In this document: piece by piece, positions 18,896-29,400 of the stretch
Layout: every line of letters begins with the position of its first letter
Numbering within the stretch: position 1 is the stretch's first letter
Source: Armatimonadota bacterium
GTDB lineage: Bacteria; Armatimonadota; SYMT01
NCBI GenBank assembly: GCA_041690135.1
Contig: JAWLHY010000020.1
Span: forward strand, 25,542-89,541
Direction of reading: 5' to 3'
DNA length: 64,000 nt
Notes under the pieces: model-generated
Database searches by the model: none
Seen by the model: the letters and a program-made list of their open reading frames with translations, nothing else
Told to the model about the DNA's origin: nothing
Position numbers and translations under genes: made by a program

Positions 18896-20062
18896 CTAAA
18901 TCGCCGCGACTTCGTCCCACAGATCTTCGTAGCCCGCCGGCAATTCCACTTCCTGCTGGACGGCCATTTCGATGATGATCGTGGTGCCGGAGCTGTCGGT
19001 GGAAAGGAAGATCTGGTCCGCCATCTTGTTGATGAGCGTAAACCCCAGACCGGCCGACATCCGCTTCATCCGGCCGAAGCCATCGATCTCCGGAATACCC
19101 TCGGCCGAAGTATGCTTGGACCATCCGGCCTTGAGCGTTGCCTTGGGTAGATCCTCGGGATCGATCCCCCGGCCCCGATCACTGACCCGAATCCGAAGAC
19201 GCCGACCGTCACCGGCGAACTGCGCAGACCCGCCTTTACCGTGTACGAGAGCGTTCGTCGCCGCTTCCGAAGCACAGAGTTCGAAATCCCGGGCCCGGTC
19301 GGGGTCCATGCCCGCATCGAGCCCCGCCTGCCGGGCCAGCGACCGGATGTGGGGAATGTCCGTGTCGCGGTTGATGGAAACTTCCTGCTCGTAGGCAGGC
19401 CATTCCCCATCGATCTCCCCCAATTGGCAGAAGCGGATCTTACCATCCGTAACGGCGTAGAGCACATCGCTAAGCAGCCGGCGGCGCAGCAGGTCCAGGC
19501 GCTGGGCTTCTTGCTTTTGATAGAGCGCGAAGAGCGGAACCGCGGCTAGGCAGGCATACAGGGAGAGGTATTCCAGGATGGTCTCGGCGAACGGCCGCCC
19601 GCTGAGACAGTTGTCCAAGCAGAGTGTGCCCAACAACTCGTCGCCGGCCACAATCGGTATCACCGCCAGGGAAGTGATCCCCGCGCGGAACTCAGCTTGC
19701 GGAAACTCTTCTCGCACCCGGTTGGAAAAAACATACGGGGCTCGCCGCCGCACGACGCGCATCAGGGGCGTATCCCGGTCCGACACCGGAATGCTCTCGC
19801 CGCCGTACTCCGGCATCCCCTCCGTGTCGACTCCCACGATACGGTCCAGGCACTCCGCGAACCGGTTGTACGCGAAGATACCGGCGCGATCCACGGAGAG
19901 GTCCTGGCGCAAGGCATCGACCAGGCGCCAGAGCGATTGGACCGGGTCCGGCTCCGCCGCCAGCTCGCGGGAAGCACGCACAACCGAAGCCAGACGGCTC
20001 TCTGAAAGACCGGCGGAGGGTGACTGCGGATCAGGAACGAGCTCGTTCATCGTTGGGATCAC
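18896..20062 (-). CDS. GAF domain + RsbW/RsbT-like ATP-binding (HATPase_c) protein
   Basis: N-terminal GAF (LAVIPIVAGDELLGTLCLDN), then EAATNALVH, VSDRGRGI, GLGF and GTTII; no HisKA segment recognised. Confidence 0.85.
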   Translation of the reverse strand: MIPTMNELVPDPQSPSAGLSESRLASVVRASRELAAEPDPVQSLWRLVDALRQDLSVDRAGIFAYNRFAECLDRIVGVDTEGMPEYGGESIPVSDRDTPLMRVVRRRAPYVFSNRVREEFPQAEFRAGITSLAVIPIVAGDELLGTLCLDNCLSGRPFAETILEYLSLYACLAAVPLFALYQKQEAQRLDLLRRRLLSDVLYAVTDGKIRFCQLGEIDGEWPAYEQEVSINRDTDIPHIRSLARQAGLDAGMDPDRARDFELCASEAATNALVHGKGGSAQFAGDGRRLRIRVSDRGRGIDPEDLPKATLKAGWSKHTSAEGIPEIDGFGRMKRMSAGLGFTLINKMADQIFLSTDSSGTTIIIEMAVQQEVELPAGYEDLWDEVAAI

Positions 20063-21570
20063 TTCCCTGCGGACCCGTAGTGCGCTTCCAACGCCTCCAC
20101 CAGGCCCGCAGTGGTATAGCGGTCCGCTACCACGTCGACACGTAGCCCCATCTCGCGCGCGGTAGCCGCGGTAATGGGACCGATGCAGGCGATGCGGACG
20201 CGTTCTTTATTGGCCGCCCAGAGACCGGGTGGCATGAGTTCCACGAAGTTCCGAACTGTAGAGGAAGCCGTGAAGGTGATCGCGTCGATCCGACCATTCG
20301 TTAATTCATCGCGCAGGAGGACTGCGCTGTTTGTTTCAGGCACCGTTGCGTAGACCGGAACCACATCCACCGTAGCTCCGCGTGCTCTCCAGAGTTCCGG
20401 TAGGAGTTCGCGCGCCTCGCGAGCCCTCGGGAGTAGGACCCGTTTTCCAGTGACAGGTTCCGGAAATTCTTCCACCACCTGTTCGGCGACAAATTTCGAG
20501 GGGACGAAATCCACGAACAGCCCCGCCGCTTCCACCGCGCGGGCGGTTTCCGGACCAATGGCGGCGATGCGCGCACTCCCCAGAGCACGCAGGTCGCGAC
20601 GGGTATTCCGGAGCGCCTGCAGTAGCGAGTATACCCCGTTGACGCTGGTGAAGACCACCCAATGATAGCCATGCTGTAAGCCGCTGAGATCGGGATTCGG
20701 AAGTGGTTGAATCCGGATGGTGGGGCAGGTGATGGCTTCACCGCCGCGTTCTTCGATGCGGCGCACCAACTCGGGCGCCTGGTCGACCGGCCGGGTTACC
20801 ACGATCCGTTTTCCGAAGAGCGGCCGGTTGTCGAACCACCGCAACTGGTCGCGAAGTGCGGCCACTTCCCCCACCAGGGTCACCGCGGGAGGGCCGCAAC
20901 CGGCTTCCGCACACCGCTCCACGATATCGGCCAGCGTGCCGGAAGCGCACCGCTGGCGCGGGTACGTGCCCCAACTCACCACGGCGGCCGGAGTGGAAGG
21001 GGGACGCCCGTGTGCGATAAGGCGTTCGACGATCTGGGGAAGACGTTCCGCGCCCATCAGGAAGACCAGCGTGTCCCCCCCGGCGGCCAGGTGCTCCCAA
21101 CGGATCGAGGACTCTTCTTTGAGCGGGTCCTCGTGAGCCGTTACGATGGTGAAGGCAGAACAGAGGCCGCGGTGCGTCACTGGGATGCCGGCGTAGCCGG
21201 GAGCCGCGATGGCGGAGCTGATGCCGGGCACGTACTCCCACTCGAGGCCGGAGGCGGTGAGAACCTCTGCTTCCTCCCCACCCCGGCCGAAGATGAACGG
21301 ATCTCCGCCCTTGAGCCGGCAGACGATCTTGCCCGCCCGGGCACGATCCACCAGGAGAGCGTTGATCTCTTCTTGCGTGAGAGCGTGGCGTTGGGCTTCC
21401 TTACCCGCGTAGATCCACTCGGCGGCTTCCGACGCGTAGTCCAGGAAGCGGGGGTTGGCCAGGCGGTCGTAGATGACGACGTCAGCCTCCCGGAGCGCAC
21501 GCTGCCCTTTGAGGGTAAGCAGTTCCGGATCGCCCGGGCCGGCGCCAACGAGGTAGACCTTACCGGCCAT
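20059..21570 (-). CDS. cobA: Uroporphyrinogen-III C-methyltransferase / uroporphyrinogen-III synthase fusion (CobA-HemD)
   Basis: VYLVGAGPGDPELLT and RLKGGDPFIFGRGGEE; second domain PLFGKRIVVTR, FTSVNGV, IGPETA, FTASSTV. Confidence 0.95.
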   Translation of the reverse strand: MAGKVYLVGAGPGDPELLTLKGQRALREADVVIYDRLANPRFLDYASEAAEWIYAGKEAQRHALTQEEINALLVDRARAGKIVCRLKGGDPFIFGRGGEEAEVLTASGLEWEYVPGISSAIAAPGYAGIPVTHRGLCSAFTIVTAHEDPLKEESSIRWEHLAAGGDTLVFLMGAERLPQIVERLIAHGRPPSTPAAVVSWGTYPRQRCASGTLADIVERCAEAGCGPPAVTLVGEVAALRDQLRWFDNRPLFGKRIVVTRPVDQAPELVRRIEERGGEAITCPTIRIQPLPNPDLSGLQHGYHWVVFTSVNGVYSLLQALRNTRRDLRALGSARIAAIGPETARAVEAAGLFVDFVPSKFVAEQVVEEFPEPVTGKRVLLPRAREARELLPELWRARGATVDVVPVYATVPETNSAVLLRDELTNGRIDAITFTASSTVRNFVELMPPGLWAANKERVRIACIGPITAATAREMGLRVDVVADRYTTAGLVEALEAHYGSAGK

Positions 21571-22574
21571 CAGTGGGTCAGGCTCTCCAGGATCTCGCGG
21601 CCGCCCTGATCCAGCAACCGAACGGCCAGCGTACTCCCCAGGCTTTCGGCGTCCTGCGTTGGGCCGGTAAGCTGCGCGCGTACCAGATGGCTGCCGTCGG
21701 GAGCCGCGAGGACGCCAATTAGCTCCAGTTGATCTCCGTGGATGCGGGCGTAGGCGCCGAGCGGCACGGAGCACCCGCCCCCGACCGCGTCCATCAAAGC
21801 CCGTTCCGCGCGCACACAGGTGTGGGTTTCCGCATCGGCCAGGCGGGCCAGCAATCCCAGGGTGACCGGATCCTCCGCGCGCGCTTCCAAGCCCAGGGCC
21901 CCCTGGCCGGGAGCGGGAATGGAGATCTCTACAGGCAGCGGTAAGGAGATCCGTTCCGCGAGGCCCAAGCGACGCAGGCCCGCGGCCGCCAGGAGCAGCG
22001 CGCCGTATTGTCCCTCATCGAGTTTCCGCAGGCGAGTATCCACGTTGCCCCGGACGCTTTCCAGGACCAGGTCGGGACGGAGATGGCGAAGCTGCGCCAT
22101 GCGGCGGAGACTGCTGGTGCCCACCCGCGTGTCCAACGGCAGGGGCAGCCCCTTTAACTCTCCCGCCGCCGAAGTTCCACAGGCACCCGGGTCCTGGGTG
22201 GCGTGACCGAGCGCCGCCGCGACGTCCGCGCCGGCGGGCAGCACCAGCGCATCGCGTGGATCCTCTCTCTCGGGGACGGCGGCGAGAACCAGGCCCGGCG
22301 GCAGTTCGGACGGGAGGTCTTTGAGACTGTGAACCGCCAGGTCCGCCTCACCGGCCAGGAGGGCGTCCTCAATCTCCTTGGTAAAGAGACCCTTCCCCCC
22401 CACCTCGTTCAATGGTACGTTCTGGATGCGGTCTCCACGGGTCACGTATTCGCGGAGGACGACGTCGAGGCCCGGCTGGAGTGCTTCCAGGCGGGCTTTG
22501 ATCCAATGGGACTGTGCGAGCGCCAGCTTGCTGCGGCGCGTCGCGATCGTAAGTCGGGTGGGTGCTTCGCTCAT
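21570..22574 (-). CDS. hemC: Hydroxymethylbilane synthase
   Basis: IATRRSKLALAQ, GKGLFTKE, VHSLKD, GTSSLRR, RGNVDTRL and GGC. Confidence 0.97.
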   Translation of the reverse strand: MSEAPTRLTIATRRSKLALAQSHWIKARLEALQPGLDVVLREYVTRGDRIQNVPLNEVGGKGLFTKEIEDALLAGEADLAVHSLKDLPSELPPGLVLAAVPEREDPRDALVLPAGADVAAALGHATQDPGACGTSAAGELKGLPLPLDTRVGTSSLRRMAQLRHLRPDLVLESVRGNVDTRLRKLDEGQYGALLLAAAGLRRLGLAERISLPLPVEISIPAPGQGALGLEARAEDPVTLGLLARLADAETHTCVRAERALMDAVGGGCSVPLGAYARIHGDQLELIGVLAAPDGSHLVRAQLTGPTQDAESLGSTLAVRLLDQGGREILESLTH

Positions 22575-22575
22575 G

Positions 22576-23445
22576 TCAGGTGGGTGAATTGTTACCCCGG
22601 TATGCCACTAACGTCAAGCCGGCTTCGGGACCCGAAAGGCGCTTGGCCGAATTCGGATGACCGAGGGACGCCACGAAGGCGATCAGGACCACCAGAAAGC
22701 CCGCAATGAGGAAGTAGGTGGTGCGCCGGCCTCGCCAGCCCAGGAACAGGCTCACCCCCAGGTACGCGGCGTAAATGGCCCAGGCCACCAGGCTGGTGAC
22801 GATGCGGGCATCCAGGTACCAGTTGGGGCCCCAGCGCTCCGGCGCGGCCATCGAACCGGTGATAATCCCCAACGTCAGCATCGAAAAACCGACGGTGGCC
22901 AGCCAGTGCGCGGCATTCGAGACGCTTTCCAGAGGAGGTAGGCGCCGGAAAAGGCCACTGATCTGCTTGGTCTTCAGCAACCGGCTCTGGACCAGGTAGG
23001 TGATGGCCAGGCAAAAGGCCAGCGCAAACGCGGCGAAACCCAACAGGATTGCGGTGACGTGTGGGCGCATCAGCGGCCCGCCCGCAAGGTTCTCCACCGT
23101 CGTGCCTGCGGCTCGCATGTTCGCATAGAACTGTGCAATGAAGGCGAGCGGCATGGATAGAGAGCCCAGCGCGGCCCACCGCGGTAGGAAGTTGAGCCCC
23201 ACCTGAGCGAGCACCAGCAGATAGGCGATGAGGGAATACGGCATCCCCGGGTCCTGCAGCAGCCGCCCGTAGTGGGTGCACCAGACCCCGATGCCGGCCG
23301 TATGGAGCGTCAATCCGACCGGCAGAAGCCAGGTGGCGATCCGCTGGGCCCTCTCGCTGCCGGTAAACAGGTGGGCGTGGTAGAGCACACTCCCCGCGAA
23401 GTAGCAGAGCAGCGTCACCCCGAGCAGCACGTTTTCCGGGGTCAT
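22576..23445 (-). CDS. CcsA/HemX-family cytochrome c assembly membrane protein
   Basis: About 8 TM helices, RRLPPLE, GIITG...W...D and GWRGRR motifs; lies between hemA and hemC. Confidence 0.85.
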   Translation of the reverse strand: MTPENVLLGVTLLCYFAGSVLYHAHLFTGSERAQRIATWLLPVGLTLHTAGIGVWCTHYGRLLQDPGMPYSLIAYLLVLAQVGLNFLPRWAALGSLSMPLAFIAQFYANMRAAGTTVENLAGGPLMRPHVTAILLGFAAFALAFCLAITYLVQSRLLKTKQISGLFRRLPPLESVSNAAHWLATVGFSMLTLGIITGSMAAPERWGPNWYLDARIVTSLVAWAIYAAYLGVSLFLGWRGRRTTYFLIAGFLVVLIAFVASLGHPNSAKRLSGPEAGLTLVAYRGNNSPT

Positions 23446-24755
23446 GAGTTTTCCTCCGGCCCACGAGTGGCGCTACCCTCCATCGAGAGGGGTTGGTTCA
23501 ACCCGAAGATCGCCCGCACATTCTCCACTTCGTGGTACCCGTTCCCGGAGCTCGCCGCATCTTTCAGATGCAGGATCGCCGGCCGCAGCATCTTATTGAC
23601 CACACCGCGCACCAGGGTATCGACCATATCCCGATCGCGCTGGTTCAGGTGCGATAACCGGCCCCCTACCCGACTCCACTCGGACTCCACCATCTGGGTG
23701 GCGAGAGCCTGTAACTGCTGGATGGTCGGTCCTACCTCCAGCCCCCGGAACCATGCTTGGAAGCGGTCCTTCTCCTCCTCAACGATGGTTTCCACCCGCT
23801 CGGCTTCCACACGGCGGCCGTGAAGGTTCTTGTCGATGAGCCCCTGGAGATCATCGATGTTGTAAAGATAGACGTCCTCGAGATCTCCTACTCCGGGATC
23901 GATATCCCGGGGCACGGCGATATCGATCAAGAAGAGGGGCCTTCCGCGACGAGCACGGGTGGCCTGCTTCACCTGCGCGGCCGTGATGATCGCGCTCGGG
24001 GCGCCGGTAGAGCTGATGACGATATCAGCGCGCACCAATGCTTCGCCGAGCTTCTCAAACGGCACGACGGTTCCGCCGAACTGCCCGGCCAGCGCCTCCG
24101 CACGATCCTGAGTGCGGTTGCACACCATCAGCTTCGGGGCGGCGCCATCGGCCAGCAACATCTTTGCCGTCTGTTCGCCGGTCTCACCAGCCCCTACCAG
24201 CAGGATGATCCGGCCCGTCAGGCGCTCAAAGATCTGGCGCGCGAGTTGTACGGCCATCAGGCTGATGGAAACCGCGCCGCGCCCAATCTCCGTCTCCGTA
24301 CGAGCGCGCTTCCCGCAGGCGATGGCGTTCTGGAACAGGGAATGGACGACGGTCCCGGAAGTGCCTGCGGTCTGGGCGGTCTGCAGCGCCTCCCGCACCT
24401 GCGCCAGGATCTGGCCCTCGCCCAGCACCTGCGAGTCGAGGCCGGCCGCCACCCGGAAAAGGTGGCGCACGGCGGGGACCCCTTCGTGGTTGTACAGGTG
24501 CTCCTGGAGATGGCCGGGCGAAACCCCTGCCTGGCGAGCGAGAAACTCGATGATCTGCTCCTGCCAATCCTCTTCGCGCGTGAGGCCGTAAATCTCGGTG
24601 CGATTGCAGGTGCTGAGAGCCGCACACTCCTGGAGGCCTGCCGCATCGCGGAGACCGTGGAGCGCCTCTTCGTGAGACCTGCCGTAGAGCGAGAGTTTCT
24701 CCCGCAGCTCGACCGAGGCTGTTTTGTGGCTTAGGCCGACGAGAACGACTCGCAC
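23442..24755 (-). CDS. hemA: Glutamyl-tRNA reductase
   Basis: GLSHKTASVELRE, STCNRTE, GLDSQVLGEGQIL, GAGE and DIAVPRD. Confidence 0.97.
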   Translation of the reverse strand: MRVVLVGLSHKTASVELREKLSLYGRSHEEALHGLRDAAGLQECAALSTCNRTEIYGLTREEDWQEQIIEFLARQAGVSPGHLQEHLYNHEGVPAVRHLFRVAAGLDSQVLGEGQILAQVREALQTAQTAGTSGTVVHSLFQNAIACGKRARTETEIGRGAVSISLMAVQLARQIFERLTGRIILLVGAGETGEQTAKMLLADGAAPKLMVCNRTQDRAEALAGQFGGTVVPFEKLGEALVRADIVISSTGAPSAIITAAQVKQATRARRGRPLFLIDIAVPRDIDPGVGDLEDVYLYNIDDLQGLIDKNLHGRRVEAERVETIVEEEKDRFQAWFRGLEVGPTIQQLQALATQMVESEWSRVGGRLSHLNQRDRDMVDTLVRGVVNKMLRPAILHLKDAASSGNGYHEVENVRAIFGLNQPLSMEGSATRGPEENS

Positions 24756-24934
24756 TCGGATCTATCCTCTTTGCTGGCTAGCGCCGGAACGGCGTTCCCC
24801 TTAGAGTTTACCCGTCGCAGGGGAGAGTGAATGGAAATGGGGCAGTGCAGAACCCCAGAAGAACGGAATTCAGTTTAGCCGCTCCCCCGCGTCCAACGCC
24901 AGAGTACGGTTTCGCCACCCACGTCCGGGCGGGC

Positions 24935-24977
24935 AAAACTTCTGCAGCGGGCGCGAGTGTACTCGCGCCCGCTGCAG
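24935..24977 (-). terminator. Terminator downstream of ccmF
   Basis: Near-perfect palindrome CTGCAGCGGGCGCGAGT-gt-ACTCGCGCCCGCTGCAG, followed by AAGTTTT on the minus strand. Confidence 0.7.
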
Positions 24978-25032
24978 GGTGCGGAACTGTAGCCAGTTCG
25001 TTTCGCAGTTTTCAACCGCGGAACCGGAAGAG

Positions 25033-27786
25033 TTACTCCGCTCCCACCGGTTCCGGTTCCGGAGCAACGGCGGGAAGGTGCTCGGGTGTCTTCGACTCGA
25101 CCACCGGCTTCTTACCGGCCTTCACCGGCACGTTCCGCTTCGCCAGGTCGGCACGGCGGCGCCAGGTAAGGAACGCGCCGGCGAACATGATGTAGCAGCC
25201 CCACCACAGGATCCCGATGCCGGGCACCCAGAGGACCTGGAAGTAGCCCTGCCGCACCGGCTCGCTCGGCATCAGGTCGAAATCGGCCGTCAGGTTGGCG
25301 GGCGAGAGATTGGTGCGCAGGAACCGCAGGCTGTAAGTCGTCGGCTGCTGGAGGGTACCCAGCGGCACCGGCAGCGGCTCCCACTCGGCGCCGTCGCCGG
25401 TGAAGGAGACGAGCACCGCGGGCCGGACCTTCTTCTCCTCACCGTTGATGTTCAACACGACGTCGGCATAGAGCAGGAACGGCTTGGGAATGGAGTTCTC
25501 CGAAGCCTGCATCGCTTTCTGCATTTCGCTGGTGTCGAGACTTTCGAACGTTACGGTGACGCTGTCCTGCGGACTGTCCTGCTTGTGCTGGACCAGCACT
25601 TCCTTCGGCTCCGCCTTCTTGAGCTCGCTTAAGAGGACCGCGCCGGTGTTGTCCGCGCCCTGCGGCACGATGTACAGGTCGTCCAGGCCCTTGTGGAAGA
25701 TCTGCGGCCACGCCATCGTCTGGTTGGCGATCTTCGAGTGGAACAGCTTCGGCTTCGCGGTGAACGTCCGGCCGTCCTTGTCCTTGACCTCGATCACCAG
25801 GCGGTCGCGGTCCTGCGGGTTCTTCGCGGGCTCCTGTCCGCGATAGGTGTACACCCGGCCGTCGACGGTAACGGAGTCCCCCACGGCCAGCTTGTTCACG
25901 GTCTGGACCGTGTTGAAGCGGCTCGTGTAGACCACCCCGCCCAGCATCACCAGGAACCCGATGTGCGCGAGCCACGGCCCCGTGTTCATCAGGCCACCCT
26001 TACCGGCGCGGAACATGCAAACGGTGTTGGTGACCAGGGCAATCCCCAGGGCCAGGCCGAAGGCAATGTAGGCCGGGTCGTTGTTGTAGGACGGCGGGGT
26101 ATCCAGGTGAGTCCGGAATCCACCCTGCCAGGCATGGACCGCGGCAAACAGGAAGAAGACGGTCACCAGCGCCGACAGCCCGAGCGTGGCAATGCTGAAG
26201 GGCGGCAGCGGTTTCTTTTCATCTCGCGCCCGGCGCCACGGCATCAGCGGCGTGATGGCCATCAGCAGGGTCATCACATACACCACCGGAAGCAGCGCCT
26301 TGTTGTAGAAGGTGTAGTCGACGGAGGTCTTGCCACCGCCCAGCCACGGCTTCCACACGGGCAAAGTCACGCCGAACGTGATGACGATCGCCATCGCCGA
26401 CAGCACGATCAGGCCCATGAAGAAGCCGAAGTGGCGCTCCCACACCTGGTCGTAGGCGATCTCCGATTGGATGTCGCGATACCGCCAGAGCCAGATACCG
26501 ACGTTGAGAACGAACCAGATCACCATCACCGCGAGCAACGTGATGAAGACGCTCTTCTGCGGCGAGGCGAACGAGTGGACGGACACTTCCGACAAGACCC
26601 CGGAGCGTACCAGGAAGGAGCCGAGGAGCACCGACGTGCCGGTAAACGCGCCGAGGAAGAGGTTGGCCTGTTTGAAATTGCCGCGCGCCCGCTGCGCGAG
26701 GACGCCGTGGATCAGCGCCGTCCCTACCACCCACGGGATGATAGAGGAGTTCTCGACGGGGTCCCAGCTCCAGTAGCCGCCCCAGCCCAGGGTCTCATAG
26801 GCCCAATAGGCCCCCAGGAAGATGCCGATCCCCAGGATGCCCCAGGCGAAAGCGAGCCACGGTGCAGCGCGATTCACCCAGTTGTCGTAATCGCGCTTCA
26901 TCAGCGCGCCCAGGGCGAAGCAGCTCGGAACCATCATGCTGCTGTAGCCGACGAACAGCGTGGGGGGGTGAATGACCATCCAGAAGTTCTGAAGCTGCTC
27001 GTTCAGACCCTTGCCGTCGTTCATCTTCACGTACTGCGCCCAACCGAAGTAGTAGCTCACGTGCTGCCAGGCGGTCTGCGGCAGGAAGGTGAGCATGTCA
27101 TCGGTGGCGCCCATCGACTGGAGCTCGCGCCGCACTTCCGCGGGCGCATGCACCCAGAACGGGTTCATGAAGGTCAGGAGCGTGAAGAGGGAGACGTTGA
27201 TGAGGGTGAAAAACGGCATCACCCAGCGCTCGTCCCGGCGCGCCTTCCAGAGCAACATGCCGCCGAGGATCAGGTTATAGAGCGCCCAGAGGATGAAGGT
27301 ACCTTCCTGGTCCGACCAGAAGGTGGCAAACCGGAAACCGAAGGCGAGATCCTTGTTGCTGTTCTTCCAGATGTAGTGCAGGTTGTACTGCTGCGTGAAG
27401 ATCAGCGTCCAGAGACTGACGGCGGCGAGCACCGCGCAGGCGCTGGTCAGGTAGAAGAAGCGGCGGCCCCAGAGGCCGATCCGGTCCGTCTTCTGAAACT
27501 CGGCGGAAGGCGCCGCGGCCGTGGCCTCAGCGGCAACGGTCGGCGGCAAGTGGCGTTTGCCGTTCTTCTTGCCGTTGCCCGCGCCATCGGCCGTCGCGTC
27601 GGCAGCGCTCTCGACCGGGTCCGCGGCGCCCTTGCCGCGCACGGTGCGGATCATCGCGACCCAGTAACAGGCCACACAAGAGACGGCGCAAAGAAGGCCG
27701 AGCCAGATGGAGAAGTTGCCGACCGTGACCCCCAGCCCCATCACGGGAGATCGGTATAAGAACTCTGCTAATTGATGTTGGTCCAT
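25033..27786 (-). CDS. ccmF: Cytochrome c-type biogenesis heme lyase CcmF (long form, 917 aa)
   Basis: WSDQEG, GLNEQLQNFWMVIHPP, WAYETLGWGGYWSWDPVEN (WWD), RSG..SVHSF and LAHIG. Confidence 0.93.
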   Translation of the reverse strand: MDQHQLAEFLYRSPVMGLGVTVGNFSIWLGLLCAVSCVACYWVAMIRTVRGKGAADPVESAADATADGAGNGKKNGKRHLPPTVAAEATAAAPSAEFQKTDRIGLWGRRFFYLTSACAVLAAVSLWTLIFTQQYNLHYIWKNSNKDLAFGFRFATFWSDQEGTFILWALYNLILGGMLLWKARRDERWVMPFFTLINVSLFTLLTFMNPFWVHAPAEVRRELQSMGATDDMLTFLPQTAWQHVSYYFGWAQYVKMNDGKGLNEQLQNFWMVIHPPTLFVGYSSMMVPSCFALGALMKRDYDNWVNRAAPWLAFAWGILGIGIFLGAYWAYETLGWGGYWSWDPVENSSIIPWVVGTALIHGVLAQRARGNFKQANLFLGAFTGTSVLLGSFLVRSGVLSEVSVHSFASPQKSVFITLLAVMVIWFVLNVGIWLWRYRDIQSEIAYDQVWERHFGFFMGLIVLSAMAIVITFGVTLPVWKPWLGGGKTSVDYTFYNKALLPVVYVMTLLMAITPLMPWRRARDEKKPLPPFSIATLGLSALVTVFFLFAAVHAWQGGFRTHLDTPPSYNNDPAYIAFGLALGIALVTNTVCMFRAGKGGLMNTGPWLAHIGFLVMLGGVVYTSRFNTVQTVNKLAVGDSVTVDGRVYTYRGQEPAKNPQDRDRLVIEVKDKDGRTFTAKPKLFHSKIANQTMAWPQIFHKGLDDLYIVPQGADNTGAVLLSELKKAEPKEVLVQHKQDSPQDSVTVTFESLDTSEMQKAMQASENSIPKPFLLYADVVLNINGEEKKVRPAVLVSFTGDGAEWEPLPVPLGTLQQPTTYSLRFLRTNLSPANLTADFDLMPSEPVRQGYFQVLWVPGIGILWWGCYIMFAGAFLTWRRRADLAKRNVPVKAGKKPVVESKTPEHLPAVAPEPEPVGAE

Positions 27787-27965
27787 GCTACTGCTCCACG
27801 CTGCCCGAATCGAGGGGCCATCTGGATATACGGAGCGCTATCGTCACAAGTTATCGGAAATAGCGTATCGAGTAAAGCCGGTGGCGCACCTGCAACAATG
27901 GGGCGCCGGGTCGCAGTGCTGCGCCGCGGTCGCCCCATACCAGGTTCCGGATGCGACCCCAATCC

Positions 27966-28505
27966 CTAGAACCGTTTGGGCAGGGAAGTGTCGGGGAGAG
28001 AGTTCAGGCTGGACTGAGTTTCCAGGAGACTCTCGCCCTCGGGCTTCAAGCCGGAGTCCTTCTGCCACTTGCGGACGGCTTCCTGGCGGGCCAGGTCCAT
28101 CTCCTTATCGTACTTGCTGGGACACTTGGTGATCAGGGAGTTGGCCACGAATTCGCCGCTGGTAGGATCGAAGGAGCCCTTTGCGCGGGCGTGGCTGGCG
28201 GCCGGGAAGTTGGCGGTGAGCGCAATGACCGGATTGTCGTAGTAGACGGTCATCTTCTCGCCAGTCTTCTCTTCTTTTCCGTTGCGGTTGCGCACTTCCT
28301 CAAGCACGAACCGCACCTTGTTGCCGCCCTGGAGCGACACGATCGAGTTCGTGTCGAGCTTGCCGTACAGCTCGCACGGCTCGTTCGAGGACCGCACGGC
28401 CGTGAAGGACTTCGAGGTGATCGTGGAGCCATTGCCCAATGAGGCCATGGCCACGACCGCGCACAACCCAACCACCACACTGCCAATGATGACGTTACGC
28501 TTCAT
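27966..28505 (-). CDS. ccmE: Heme chaperone CcmE (CxxxY variant)
   Basis: N-terminal TM anchor, OB-fold pattern, KCPSKY. Confidence 0.9.
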   Translation of the reverse strand: MKRNVIIGSVVVGLCAVVAMASLGNGSTITSKSFTAVRSSNEPCELYGKLDTNSIVSLQGGNKVRFVLEEVRNRNGKEEKTGEKMTVYYDNPVIALTANFPAASHARAKGSFDPTSGEFVANSLITKCPSKYDKEMDLARQEAVRKWQKDSGLKPEGESLLETQSSLNSLPDTSLPKRF

Positions 28506-28615
28506 TCCCGGTTCTCCAGGTCACGGACGCGACCTTCCAGGCGCAACATATAGAAGAAGAGGCCACCCACCGCGATGAGGCTGACCCCAGCCACCACCCA
28601 AAGCTCAGGATTCAT
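28502..28615 (-). CDS. ccmD: CcmD-like small membrane protein (37 aa; absent from the ORF track)
   Basis: MNPELWVVAGVSLIAVGGLFFYMLRLEGRVRDLENRE*. One TM plus a charged tail, between ccmC and ccmE, with an ATGA overlap to ccmE. Confidence 0.8.
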   Translation of the reverse strand: MNPELWVVAGVSLIAVGGLFFYMLRLEGRVRDLENRE

Positions 28616-28620
28616 CGTTT

Positions 28621-29400
28621 TCAGGACTCCGTAACCGGGCGGCGCACCGCCTCCACCCGGACTTCCGCACCCGCGTTCTCCCGCCGCGCCAGGATTCGCT
28701 CCGCGACGAAGGCGAACCGGACCTGCATCTGGTAGGACCAGAGGCTGAACCCGAGAAAGCCGAGAGTGGACATCCAGAACACGGTCCGGTACTCGGGGCT
28801 CATCCCCTCCCGTGTACTGATCACCTTCGTCGGATGAACACTACTGAAGATCGGCAGGTGCGGGAGCGTGTAGTACAGCACCGGCACGAGCACGGCGCCG
28901 ATCACCGCATAAACGGCACAGAGACGCGCCCGGCGGTGCGCTTCATCCACCGAGCTCCGCAGGCCGAAGTAGGCGAAGAAGATGAGGATGACGATCAGGA
29001 TGGCTGTCTGCTTGGGGTCCCACTGCCAGTAACCTTCGTACCAGGGGCTATTCAGCCCCCCGGCCCACTGCATCTTCGAGAAGACCGCGCCGGTGATCGT
29101 GGCGAGCACCGTCAGCACCAGGCCGACTTCCGCTGCCTTCTCGGCGCGGGTGTCGTCCTTCAGGTCCCCATTCTTCAGCAGGCGCAGCGAGAAGAACCCG
29201 GCCGTGAAGAACCAGATCATCGACAGGATGGCGTGCGGCACGTGCCAGAAGATGATCCGCGCCGTTTCCGGCGACTGGAACTCCGGCAGCGCTCCGGCCC
29301 AGGTATAGGACAGGACGGCCACCGACCCCATCAGGGGCAACAGAAGCCACTTCCATAAGGCCACGCCCCCGGCGTTCGGTTTTTTCGTTTGGGAGTTCAT
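28621..29400 (-). CDS. ccmC: Heme exporter/transfer protein CcmC
   Basis: RIIFWHVPHA, YWQWDPKQT (WWD) and SVHP. Confidence 0.9.
   Translation of the reverse strand: MNSQTKKPNAGGVALWKWLLLPLMGSVAVLSYTWAGALPEFQSPETARIIFWHVPHAILSMIWFFTAGFFSLRLLKNGDLKDDTRAEKAAEVGLVLTVLATITGAVFSKMQWAGGLNSPWYEGYWQWDPKQTAILIVILIFFAYFGLRSSVDEAHRRARLCAVYAVIGAVLVPVLYYTLPHLPIFSSVHPTKVISTREGMSPEYRTVFWMSTLGFLGFSLWSYQMQVRFAFVAERILARRENAGAEVRVEAVRRPVTES

Noticed and set aside
25693-27759. 688-aa plus-strand ORF
   Set aside because: Antisense shadow of ccmF.
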